Made by a program: the position numbers and the translations under genes
NCBI GenBank assembly: GCA_004297625.1
Contig: SCTY01000028.1
Coordinates: 8,848 to 72,847 of the forward strand
DNA length: 64,000 nucleotides
Direction of reading: 5' to 3'
Origin: Betaproteobacteria bacterium
Lineage (GTDB): Bacteria; Pseudomonadota; Gammaproteobacteria; Burkholderiales; SG8-39
The notes under the pieces: generated by a model
Told to the model about the DNA's origin: nothing
Seen by the model: only the letters and a program-made list of their open reading frames with translations
Database searches by the model: none
Part shown: positions 22,282 to 30,631 of the stretch, one piece after another
Numbering within the stretch: the stretch's first letter is position 1
Layout: each line of letters starts with the position of its first letter

Positions 22282-23402
22282 ACCGCCTCCTCGCGGGAAA
22301 GCCGCCAGTATTGGTACTTCATTGTAACGGCGGAGCCGGCGACGATCGCGAGGAAGGTGATGATCGAGCCGAGCGCGAGCGTCGAGAAACCCGAGATCGC
22401 CTGGCCGATGGTGCAGCCGAGGGCCGTGATGCCGCCAAAACCCATGAGCAGCCCGCCGACGACGTGGTTGGCGGTGTCCTCGGCATCGCGGAATCCTTCC
22501 CAGCGGAAGCTGCGCGTGGCGAGCGCGTAGGCGGCGGAACCGGCGATCACGCCGAGGGCGGAGGCGATGCCGTAGGTGACGATCTTCGAGCGGTCGGTCC
22601 ACAGCATCAGGTATTCGAGCGTGTAGGCCATCGGGGAGACGAAGGAAAAGGATTCCATGCGCCCGGTGTTCGTCGCGACGAACGCTTCCTGGAGCGTGTT
22701 CGGGTCCTCGGCGACATAGCCAACGACGCCGCTCACGTACCAGCCGCCAACGACGACCAGGCCGGTGACCACGCCGCCCAGCGTGTAGTCGAAGCTCGAG
22801 CGAAAATCCCTGCTCGAGTAGATGAATACGAGGAGCGCCCCGCCAATCGCCGCCGCGAGGATGCCGGTCCAGGCCGCCTTGGACAAGCCCATCCACGCCG
22901 AAAACAGCGAAGGCAGGTCCTGCCCCGTCGGCAGCGTGATCGAGGCTTTCTCCAGCACGCCGACGCGAAACGCGCCGAACAGGCCGCGCAGCGTCATGTA
23001 AGCCGCAATGCCGAGGAAGACGTAGACGATGAGCGACTTGAGGTTGCCCGCGCCGACGCGGATCAGCGTCTTCGAGCCGCAGCCCGAGCCGAGCGTCATG
23101 CCCACCCCGAAGAGGAAGCCGCCGACGAGATACGAAAGCCAGGTGAAGTTCGCGCCGGTGTAAATCGACTTGGAGAGGTCCACGAACCCGCCGAGCTGCA
23201 GCGCGCTCGAGCCCAGCAGCGCGACCGCCATGGCGAGCAGCCACATGCGCAGCCGGCGGGTGTCGCTCATGTTGACCCAGTCCGACACCGCGCCCATGGT
23301 GCAGAAGTTCGTCTTGTTGCCGATGGCGCCGAAGACGAAGGCGAGCACGAAAGCGCCGCCGGTCACGTACGGCACGAGCTGCGCGGGATTTGTTTCGCTC
23401 AT
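22278..23402 (-). CDS. YeeE/YedE-family sulfur-compound (thiosulfate-type) transporter
   Basis: 374 aa, polytopic, with duplicated Sulf_transp halves carrying conserved Cys (FCTMGA, SGCGSK, LGCTIGQ). Confidence 0.9.
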   Translation of the reverse strand: MSETNPAQLVPYVTGGAFVLAFVFGAIGNKTNFCTMGAVSDWVNMSDTRRLRMWLLAMAVALLGSSALQLGGFVDLSKSIYTGANFTWLSYLVGGFLFGVGMTLGSGCGSKTLIRVGAGNLKSLIVYVFLGIAAYMTLRGLFGAFRVGVLEKASITLPTGQDLPSLFSAWMGLSKAAWTGILAAAIGGALLVFIYSSRDFRSSFDYTLGGVVTGLVVVGGWYVSGVVGYVAEDPNTLQEAFVATNTGRMESFSFVSPMAYTLEYLMLWTDRSKIVTYGIASALGVIAGSAAYALATRSFRWEGFRDAEDTANHVVGGLLMGFGGITALGCTIGQAISGFSTLALGSIITFLAIVAGSAVTMKYQYWRLSREEAV

Positions 23403-23426
23403 GGTTGCGAACTATACAATTGCCGC

Positions 23427-23789
23427 ATGCGCTTGCTGCAAGACCTGGAGCGCCTCGCGGGGGCCGAAGAAAGCCTGTTTCGCGCGCAGCTCCTGCGCGA
23501 GGATGTTGCGCGCCTGCGCAAGCTCGAGGGGCTCGCGCGCGCGGCGCCCGACCTCGAAACGTTCATCGGGAGCGGCATGCGCGTCGGCTGGACGCAGGGT
23601 GACGCCCGCACCTCGGAGCTTCGCGAGCCGTTGGAAGCGCTGCTGCAAGCGGTTTATGCGTTCGAGCGCGGCGCGCACGGCCCGGAACAGGAAGCGCGCA
23701 TCGTGGACTGCTGGAACGCTTTGCATCGCGTGCGCATGGAGCGCTTGCTAGGCTGCCTGTCGACTCCGGCTCCGCGGCCTGCCGGCTAG
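23427..23789 (+). CDS. Hypothetical protein
   Basis: 120 aa with coding-like GC3 and no recognisable domain. It is divergent from yeeE by only 24 bp and overlaps the regulator's 3' end. Confidence 0.35.
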   Translation: MRLLQDLERLAGAEESLFRAQLLREDVARLRKLEGLARAAPDLETFIGSGMRVGWTQGDARTSELREPLEALLQAVYAFERGAHGPEQEARIVDCWNALHRVRMERLLGCLSTPAPRPAG

Positions 23790-24125
23790 GGCGCCTGCCG
23801 CGCCTTCCCGGCAGAAAACCTCGTAGAGCGTTTGCATCACGGCCGCGGCTTCCGCGCTCGCCAGAAGATAGAACACGTTCTGCCCGGCGCGGCGCGCCTT
23901 GACTACCTGCTCGCGGCGCAGCACCGCGAGATGCTGCGACAGCGCCGATTGGCTCAAGCCCACCGCGCGCTCCAGCTGACCGACCGATTTTTCGCCGTCG
24001 GCGAGCTGGCAAAGAACGAGCAGCCGCGACGGATTCGCCATCGCCTTGAGAAAGCGCGTCACCGTGCTCGCCCGGGCTTCGAGCTCCTCGGGCTTCATGC
24101 CCGCAAGGCGGCTCAAGTGGCGCAT
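23748..24125 (-). CDS. ArsR/SmtB-family, BigR/sHdrR-like (probable sulfane-sulfur-responsive) repressor
   Basis: Winged HTH (SVGQLERAVGLSQSALSQHLAVLRREQVV) with two Cys, one in LLVLCQL and one in the C-terminal LYEVFCRE. The start is either 24125 or 24098. Confidence 0.85.
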   Translation of the reverse strand: MRHLSRLAGMKPEELEARASTVTRFLKAMANPSRLLVLCQLADGEKSVGQLERAVGLSQSALSQHLAVLRREQVVKARRAGQNVFYLLASAEAAAVMQTLYEVFCREGAAGALAGRPRSRSRQAA

Positions 24126-24562
24126 CCGCACCCGGCGAAGCCGTCGGCGGCCATCTTCGCTTCGTATTTGGCCGCCACCTGCGCGCCCGGAGTGAGCGTC
24201 GCCTTGACCGCGGTCCAGTCCTGCGGCTTGAGGATCACCAGCCAGCCGGCGCCGTAGGGATCCTCGTTCGCGAGGGACGGCTTGCCGACGAGCGCCTCGT
24301 TCACTTCCGCGACCGAGCCCCCGGCCGCGGACTTGGCCGGCCCGACCCACTTGCCGGACTCGACGGTCGCGCAGGACTTGCCCGCGTCGACCGAGCGCCC
24401 GACTTTCTTCGGCGTGAAGGCGACGAGCTGTCCGGCCATCGCGGTCGCGACCGTGGTCATGCCGATCTTCACGTTGCCGTCCGCAAGCTCCTGAAACCAG
24501 ATGTGGTTGTCCACGTCGTAGAGCAGCTCGTCCGGCAAGTGGCAGCCGCGCACGTTAGCCAT
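24113..24562 (-). CDS. lbpA: GcvH-like lipoate-binding protein LbpA
   Basis: 149 aa with a glycine-cleavage-H fold and the lipoyl-lysine motif TVESGKWVGP. No gcvT or gcvP lies nearby, and it sits directly downstream of the shdr genes. Confidence 0.9.
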   Translation of the reverse strand: MANVRGCHLPDELLYDVDNHIWFQELADGNVKIGMTTVATAMAGQLVAFTPKKVGRSVDAGKSCATVESGKWVGPAKSAAGGSVAEVNEALVGKPSLANEDPYGAGWLVILKPQDWTAVKATLTPGAQVAAKYEAKMAADGFAGCGCAT

Positions 24563-24926
24563 GGTTCGCGCCTTCGGGGATTTTTGCGGGCGCCGATTCT
24601 AGGCGCAGCGCCCGCGAGGAGCAACAGAATTCCCCGAGCCCATTGACTTCCAGCTTGCCGCGCACGAAGAGCTCGAGATGCCGCACGAGCATCTGCATCA
24701 TCGCCTGCGTACGCTCGTCTTTTGAGCTTTCCAAAAGATTGTAGTGATACGCGATCTCACGGCAGGTCTCCCGGCAGGCGTTGAAGCTCGGCACGCCGCG
24801 CGCGCCCTGGCGATGCAGCGCGAGCAGGCGGAAACCTTCGCTCGTCTCGCTCGTCGGGACCTCGCCGCGCGCCTTGATCCACTGCTCGAGCGCCCGCTCT
24901 GCGGCGGCCAGCAGTTCTTCCCTCAT
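24555..24926 (-). CDS. Hypothetical 123-aa four-cysteine protein
   Basis: ATGA overlap with the shdrB2 stop and an 8-nt overlap with the lbpA start. Cys residues lie in NACRETCRE and EFCCSS. Confidence 0.6.
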   Translation of the reverse strand: MREELLAAAERALEQWIKARGEVPTSETSEGFRLLALHRQGARGVPSFNACRETCREIAYHYNLLESSKDERTQAMMQMLVRHLELFVRGKLEVNGLGEFCCSSRALRLESAPAKIPEGANHG

Positions 24927-25840
24927 AGGATTTTTTTCAAGACTTCCATTCCATCGGAGACGTTCTCGTGCACGCCGAGCTTGCGCGGCGCCACGCCGAG
25001 CGCGATGCCGAGGAGCTGCGTGAAATAGAGCATCTTCACCGTGGTCTTCTCGCCGAGCACCTTCTCCGCGCGCACCTGGTGCATCTCCAGGCCCGAATGG
25101 CACGTCGGGCATTCGGTCGCGATCACGTCCGCGCCCGCCGCCTCGGCCGCGCGTAGGATGTTGAGCACGAGCTGAGTCGACGTATCGCTGTCGGAGAGCG
25201 TGTGCGCGCCCCCGCAGCAAGCGGTCTTCAGCGGGAAGTCGACGTTCTGCGCGCCCGCCGCGGCGAGCAGATCGTCCATGAAGTGCGGCTGCAGCGTCGA
25301 CTCGCTGCCCGGACCCTTGTCCTTCTCCGGAAAAATGTGCCGCGGCCGCGTGTACATGCAGCCGTAGTAATTGGCGACCTTGAGCCCCTTAAGAGAGTTC
25401 TTCAGCCGGCGCTTGAGCTCCTCTTCGCCGACGCCGTCCTTGATCCAGTCGAGGGCGTGGATCGTCTCCACCTGCCCGGCCTGGTAGGTTTCGTGGCCGG
25501 CTTTTTCCGAGATGCGCGCTACGGTTTCGCGCGACGAGGCGTCGTGCTCGAGGTCGTACTCGGCCTTTTTCAGGTTGTGGTAGCAGCCGTTGCACGGCGC
25601 CATGACCACTTTCGCATGCATCTCGTTCGCCGCGATCGACATGACGCGCGAGGAAAGATAGGTCTGCACCTTCGGGTCGATGTTCTTCACCTCCATCGCC
25701 CCGCAGCAGTTCCAGTCCTTGACTTCGTCGAGCTTGAGGCCGAGCGCGCTTCCGACCGCCTTGGTGGACTCGTTGTACGCATGGCCCGTGCCTTCGAGCG
25801 CGCAGCCCGGGTAGTACGCCACTCGTTGATATTTACTCAA
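24923..25840 (-). CDS. shdrB2: sHdrB2 (heterodisulfide-reductase B-like, two CCG domains)
   Basis: YYPGCALEG...NCCGAME...ACCGGAH...CPTCH. Start is TTG 25840 or GTG 25822, overlapping the shdrC2 stop. Confidence 0.9.
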   Translation of the reverse strand: MSKYQRVAYYPGCALEGTGHAYNESTKAVGSALGLKLDEVKDWNCCGAMEVKNIDPKVQTYLSSRVMSIAANEMHAKVVMAPCNGCYHNLKKAEYDLEHDASSRETVARISEKAGHETYQAGQVETIHALDWIKDGVGEEELKRRLKNSLKGLKVANYYGCMYTRPRHIFPEKDKGPGSESTLQPHFMDDLLAAAGAQNVDFPLKTACCGGAHTLSDSDTSTQLVLNILRAAEAAGADVIATECPTCHSGLEMHQVRAEKVLGEKTTVKMLYFTQLLGIALGVAPRKLGVHENVSDGMEVLKKIL

Positions 25841-26561
25841 GATTAAGAGCCTTTCGTTGCCGGGTTTCCTGCTCGTGGACGTACTCGGTGAGCGCCGCGC
25901 GCGCTTTGCTCCACTTCCGGGTTCTGGGACGAAACACCGCGGCAAGCGCCATCGCGATGCCCTGCTTGAACGGCAGCCGGCGCGCGACGCGCTTCGCCAT
26001 CTCGACGAGCCAGTCCTGCATGAGCGGCTGCCCGGTGCGCGCGAAGAAGCCGCGGATGGTGCGGCCTTCCTCGATCTTGCCGGTGGCGATCACCTGCTCG
26101 GCGAACACCTCGTCGAAGATCGTCGACTTGGATTTCGGCGTGTGGCCCTTGAGCTGCAGCCAGTGCGCGGTCGCCTTCATCACCCCTTCCGGGAACACGT
26201 CGCGCGGGCAGGCGTAGGTGCACTTGTTGCACGACACGCACTGCCAGATGATGTCCTTGTCGCGCAGCAGCTCGGATTCCATGCCCATGCGGATGAGATA
26301 GATCCAGAAGCGCGGGTTGAAGTCCGGGTTGACCGCGTTCACCGTGCAGGCGTTGGTGCACGAGCCGCATTGCCAGCAGCGGTGGATGTGCTCGCCGCCG
26401 GGCAGCGCGGCGATCTCGTCCTGCAGCGCCTCGTTGTAGTCCGTGACGACGCGCGACTGGATGAAGGTGCTCCAGTGCCCGGAGACGTCGACCCCGTCGA
26501 TCACGAGCTTGTCGTGCGTCTTCAGGTTCTCCGGCCGGATCAGCGACTTCTCGTGGATCAT
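25833..26561 (-). CDS. shdrC2: sHdrC2 (HdrC-like, two 4Fe-4S motifs)
   Basis: 242 aa with the motifs CWQCGSCTNAC and CVSCNKCTYACP. Confidence 0.9.
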   Translation of the reverse strand: MIHEKSLIRPENLKTHDKLVIDGVDVSGHWSTFIQSRVVTDYNEALQDEIAALPGGEHIHRCWQCGSCTNACTVNAVNPDFNPRFWIYLIRMGMESELLRDKDIIWQCVSCNKCTYACPRDVFPEGVMKATAHWLQLKGHTPKSKSTIFDEVFAEQVIATGKIEEGRTIRGFFARTGQPLMQDWLVEMAKRVARRLPFKQGIAMALAAVFRPRTRKWSKARAALTEYVHEQETRQRKALNLE

Positions 26562-27361
26562 TCGATAACCTCTGCGCGGCCGTCCACGCTCTTCAGGCGC
26601 GTGCGGCCCCGGTCGTCGACTCCCTCGAGCCCGAGAATGCGCCGCGTATGCTCCATGGGATCCATTGGCGAGGAGAAGTCCACACGCAGGTACGAGCCGG
26701 CGCGCTCGCCGATATAGCCGGCATAGACCTGCGCGGCGAGGACGTCGACATAGAAGAGCGTGTCGCGGTAAACGCCGTTCGCGGCGAGATACTGAGCGAG
26801 CTCTTCGCGCAGCACGAGGAAGGCGGCGTAGCCATCCGGCACATCGAGCCTGAGGTGGTCGACCTCTTCGCCGTGCCAGATTTCGCGCAGCACGCCGGTG
26901 TTCGCTTCAGCGTCCCAGACCCAGCGCGTCATCAGCGGATAGCGCTCGGGATCGGCGAAGTGCAGCAGCTCGGCGGCGAGGTCGCGCACCCAGCGATGCT
27001 CGCGGTCCTGCGGAAAGGCGGCGCAGAATTCCGCCATGCGCGCGTCTGCCGTGGAAGCGTCTTCGCTGCCTTGGAACAGGTGCGCCACCCGCCGGGCAAG
27101 CGCGTCGTACCTCTCGGGAAGCAGATACGGCCCGATGCGCCGGCGCACCGTCGCCATGTGCGCGCAAAGCGTCTTGAATTTCTTGAGATCGGGTTGCGCG
27201 CCGCGCGCATCGCGGAACATCGCCGACTTCACCCGCAGCGCCTCGATGTAGGCCTCGACGCCGCCCTGCTCCTCGGAGCGCGCGACCAGGGTCTCGAGCG
27301 CGAGGGAGAGCTTCGGCCCGGAAAGCTCGAGCCGCGGCCGTTGCAGTGCCGTCAGTTGCAT
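26558..27361 (-). CDS. shdrH: sHdrH (conserved hypothetical protein of shdr clusters)
   Basis: 267 aa from MQLTALQRPRLEL. It occupies the conserved 'hyp' position between shdrA and shdrC2. ATGA-type overlap with shdrC2. Confidence 0.75.
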   Translation of the reverse strand: MQLTALQRPRLELSGPKLSLALETLVARSEEQGGVEAYIEALRVKSAMFRDARGAQPDLKKFKTLCAHMATVRRRIGPYLLPERYDALARRVAHLFQGSEDASTADARMAEFCAAFPQDREHRWVRDLAAELLHFADPERYPLMTRWVWDAEANTGVLREIWHGEEVDHLRLDVPDGYAAFLVLREELAQYLAANGVYRDTLFYVDVLAAQVYAGYIGERAGSYLRVDFSSPMDPMEHTRRILGLEGVDDRGRTRLKSVDGRAEVIE

Positions 27362-27363
27362 CG

Positions 27364-28410
27364 TTACGCCGCGACCGCGGTCCTTTGGCTCAGCAGCGCG
27401 AACGCGGCCATCGCCGCGGCCTTGCCCTGCGCGATCGAGTCGTCGATGGTCTCCGGGCCCGTCGCCGCGCCGGCGACGAACACCCCCGGCCGCGACGTCT
27501 CGCCGAGCGAGCCGTAGGAATTGCCCTTGCCGATGTGCCCGTGCTCCTGCAGCTGCACGCCGAACACGGCCGCGATGGACTTGTTCTCGACGTTGGGATC
27601 CATGCCGATCGCATGCACCACCATGTCGAATGGAATGGTGATCGGCCGCTTCACCAGCGTGTCCTCGCCCTTGACGATCAGCTTGTGGCCGTCGGAGGTC
27701 ACCTCGGCGATGCGCGCCTTGATGTACTTCACCTTGAACTCCTCCTGGCTCCTCCAGTAGTAGGCCTCGTTGAGGCCGTAGGTGCGGATGTCCATGTAGT
27801 AGATGTACACGTGGCAGTCGGGCAGCTCCTCGCGGATCTCCATAGCGATGTTGCACGACACCGTGCAGCAGATCTTCGAGCACCATTCGCGGCCGATCTG
27901 CCGGTCGCGCGAGCCGACGCAGAGCAGGATCGCCACGCGCTGCGGCTTACGGCCGTCGGAGGGGCAGCGGATGCCTTTGCCCGTCGAGATCATCTGCTCG
28001 ACCTGCGTGGTGGTGACCACGTCCGGGAAGGTGCCGAAGCCCCACTCGGGCTTGTTCACCGAGTCGAAGTGCGTGAAGCCCGTGGTGAGGATCGCGGCGC
28101 CGGCTTCCAGGGTCGAGCCGTCGGAGAGCCTTGCCGTGAAATTCCCGGGTTCGCCGTTGAACTGCTCGACACGGCAATTGCGCTTCAGGGCGATCGAAGA
28201 GCTCTGCTCGACCCGCTTGACCATGCCGCCGATGGCGTCCTTCGCCCATTCTCCGGAAGGCACGAGCTTCGCGTAGCCGGAGAGGATCGGCGCGCCGCCG
28301 AGGCGCGGCTCCTTCTCGACGAGGAGGGAGCGCTGGCCTATGCTGGCCAGCGCGTGCGCGGCGGCGAGGCCCGCGGGCCCGCCGCCGACGATGAGAATCG
28401 GTTTAGTCAT
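27364..28410 (-). CDS. shdrA: sHdrA (HdrA-like FAD/FeS flavoprotein)
   Basis: MTKPILIVGGGPAGLAAAHAL (FAD fold) and CVGSRDRQIGREWCSKICC (HdrA-type cluster motif). The ATG at 28410 is preferred because the track start lies inside the repeat element. Confidence 0.9.
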   Translation of the reverse strand: MTKPILIVGGGPAGLAAAHALASIGQRSLLVEKEPRLGGAPILSGYAKLVPSGEWAKDAIGGMVKRVEQSSSIALKRNCRVEQFNGEPGNFTARLSDGSTLEAGAAILTTGFTHFDSVNKPEWGFGTFPDVVTTTQVEQMISTGKGIRCPSDGRKPQRVAILLCVGSRDRQIGREWCSKICCTVSCNIAMEIREELPDCHVYIYYMDIRTYGLNEAYYWRSQEEFKVKYIKARIAEVTSDGHKLIVKGEDTLVKRPITIPFDMVVHAIGMDPNVENKSIAAVFGVQLQEHGHIGKGNSYGSLGETSRPGVFVAGAATGPETIDDSIAQGKAAAMAAFALLSQRTAVAA

Positions 28411-28424
28411 GGGTGTTCTCTGCC

Positions 28425-28531
28425 GACCCCCTGTTAAGGGGGTCATGAGCCGAAGGCGAATGGGGGGTTGAATTTTGCGAAAAGCGAACCCCCCGCTCGC
28501 GTCGCTCGCTTCCCCCCTTGACAGGGGGGCG
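28425..28531 (-). repeat. ~107-bp three-hairpin intergenic repeat element, copy A (shdrB1-shdrA spacer)
   Basis: Hairpins are GACCCCC-tgttaa-GGGGGTC, gcgaatggggggtt...aaccccccgctcgc and CCCCCC-ttgaca-GGGGGG. Its reverse complement aligns along its full length with 49265-49374. Confidence 0.85.
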
Positions 28532-28542
28532 GCCAGAAATCG

Positions 28543-29880
28543 TCATCGTGCCGCCTTAATCGGGATGTAGCCCGGCCCCGACGTGAGCATGCGGCGCGGG
28601 TCGTAGAGGTTTTCCTGCTTGCCCGCCTTGATCTCTTCGAGATAGGCGACGAACTCGGCCTTCTTCGCTTCCCAGTCGATGCCGAGCTTTTCCATCAGGG
28701 TTTCGGTCGGCGAGGCGTGCCAGTGCGACTGCACGATCTTGTACGGATGCGCGCCGCACGCGAGCGCGGCGAACTGGCAGTCGGCGAGGATCGGCAGCTC
28801 GTAGCCCTTGCCGGCCGCTTTTCCGATCCACTGGTTCTTGTCGAGCGTGGTGATGCAGCCGGTATCGTGGCCGATCATCACGTCGGCGTGCGCTTCCTCG
28901 ACCGCCACCTTGACCTTGCGGTCGATGGCGAAGGAGCGCGTGAACTCGCGCTCGGAGATGATATGGCGGAAGCCGAAGCCGCAGCAGTCGTACCAGGTCG
29001 AATAGTCGATCACCTGCGCGCCGAGCGCCTGCATGATGCTGGTCGAGTTGGCGAGGCGGTTGCCGCCGTTGATGCTGTCGTCGTAGATCGCGTCCTCGGG
29101 CACCATCTTGTAGACATGGCACGCCGGATGGATGGTCGCGCGAATGCCGCTGCAGTCGATCTGGCGCATCTCGGCGATTCGATTGCGCATGACGTGCAGC
29201 CACTCCGAGTAGTGCACCACTTCCTCGGGGATGAGGAGCTTGCCGTCCACCAGGCGCCCGAGCTTTCCAAGGATCGTGCGCACGCGTTCGCGCAGCTTGG
29301 CCGAGCGCAGCAAATACGCCCGCACCTCCTTGTAGTTGCCGAACGAGGTGCCGCAATGCACGAGCGGGTAGTAGTACGACTCCGGCAACCCCTGCGCCTT
29401 GGCCGATACGTAGGCCTGGTGAAAGTTGCGCAGGAACACCGCGGCGAGGCTTTCCAGGTTGCCGATGCCCGAGCCGTGGTAGTTCCAGGCGGTGCACGAG
29501 GTCTGGTCGGTCTCGTCGAGGTACTCGACGTTCATCTTGTTCATGAGCCACAGCAGCGACGCCGGGTAGCCCGGAATGTTGCCGCACTGGCCGCAGGACT
29601 TGTGGTGCCAGAGGCGCTGCGTCGGGATCTTCTTGTCCCAGCCGTAGAGCGTCTTCACCGTCACCGGGTCGTGCTGCTCGGAGATGCGGTGCACGACGAT
29701 CTCGCCGTCCTTCTCGAGATCCCACATGATGTCGCGCACGTCCTCGACGCGATCCTTCTGCGTGAGCATCGAGCGCTTGTCGATCTTCAGCTCGACCCAG
29801 GAGGTCGCGATCTTCGCCTCCACCGGCGAGAGGTTCGAATCGCGCCACTCGGGTCCGTGGCCGGTGAATCGTTCATTCAT
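28543..29880 (-). CDS. shdrB1: sHdrB1 (HdrB-like, CCG domains)
   Basis: 445 aa, ...WHHKSCGQCGN...YDCCGFGFRH... Confidence 0.9.
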   Translation of the reverse strand: MNERFTGHGPEWRDSNLSPVEAKIATSWVELKIDKRSMLTQKDRVEDVRDIMWDLEKDGEIVVHRISEQHDPVTVKTLYGWDKKIPTQRLWHHKSCGQCGNIPGYPASLLWLMNKMNVEYLDETDQTSCTAWNYHGSGIGNLESLAAVFLRNFHQAYVSAKAQGLPESYYYPLVHCGTSFGNYKEVRAYLLRSAKLRERVRTILGKLGRLVDGKLLIPEEVVHYSEWLHVMRNRIAEMRQIDCSGIRATIHPACHVYKMVPEDAIYDDSINGGNRLANSTSIMQALGAQVIDYSTWYDCCGFGFRHIISEREFTRSFAIDRKVKVAVEEAHADVMIGHDTGCITTLDKNQWIGKAAGKGYELPILADCQFAALACGAHPYKIVQSHWHASPTETLMEKLGIDWEAKKAEFVAYLEEIKAGKQENLYDPRRMLTSGPGYIPIKAAR

Positions 29881-30631
29881 CTTTGTCCTCCTCCTGATCG
29901 GCGAGGAAGTCCTTCCAGTCCTCGCGCTTCTCGTCCATGATGTCGCTGATCACGTCGTAGAGGTTTTCGTCGATGCCTTCGAGCTGCTTCAGCACCCCGG
30001 TCATTTCCCAGATGGTGTAGAGCTCGACCGAAGTCTTGAGGTTCACTTCCCAGGCGGTCGCGGTGGTGTTCAGCGTCGGCATCGGGATCGCCTTGCGCAG
30101 GAGCTTGAGCGGCGCGTCCACCTTGGAGATGTTCGGCCCCCAGTCGGCGAAGTGATCCTTGTTGATCATGTCCGGGGAGAGCTGGTTGCCGGTCGAGATC
30201 AGCTTCAGCATCACGCGCGAGAACGGTCTCAGGACGTCCTTCGCCGATTTCATCTGGTGCTTGATCGCCGTCTCGCGCATCAGCATCACCAGGCCGCCGG
30301 GCGAGTTGCCGAACGGGCAGCGCGCCGCGCAGGTGTAGCACTGCGCGCAGGCCCAGATCTTCTCCTGCATCGCGTCGTAGATGCCCTCGAGGTTCTCGGT
30401 CCAGAGGAGCTGGACGATCTCGCGCGGGCTGAAGTCGTAGTAGTGCGCCGCCGGGCAGGTGGCGGTGCAGATCCCGCAGTTCAGGCACCCGTTCAGCTCG
30501 TGGTCGAAGCGCAGGTCCGACTGGATGTCGGCGAAGATCTCCTCGAGCTTCGTACGCGCCACCGGCGCGTTGTCGCGCACGGGATCGCCGATGTGCTTCT
30601 GGACGCGGGTCCCTTCTGCAGCGTGCGACAT
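29873..30631 (-). CDS. shdrC1: sHdrC1 (HdrC-like, two 4Fe-4S motifs)
   Basis: From MSHAAEGTRV, with the motifs CLNCGICTATCP and CAQCYTCAARCP. It overlaps the dsrE3-like stop by 1 nt. Confidence 0.9.
   Translation of the reverse strand: MSHAAEGTRVQKHIGDPVRDNAPVARTKLEEIFADIQSDLRFDHELNGCLNCGICTATCPAAHYYDFSPREIVQLLWTENLEGIYDAMQEKIWACAQCYTCAARCPFGNSPGGLVMLMRETAIKHQMKSAKDVLRPFSRVMLKLISTGNQLSPDMINKDHFADWGPNISKVDAPLKLLRKAIPMPTLNTTATAWEVNLKTSVELYTIWEMTGVLKQLEGIDENLYDVISDIMDEKREDWKDFLADQEEDKDE

Noticed and set aside
22311-23789. 492-aa plus-strand ORF
   Set aside because: It is antisense to yeeE for most of its length. Only the last 120 codons (23427-23789) are kept, as a low-confidence hypothetical gene.
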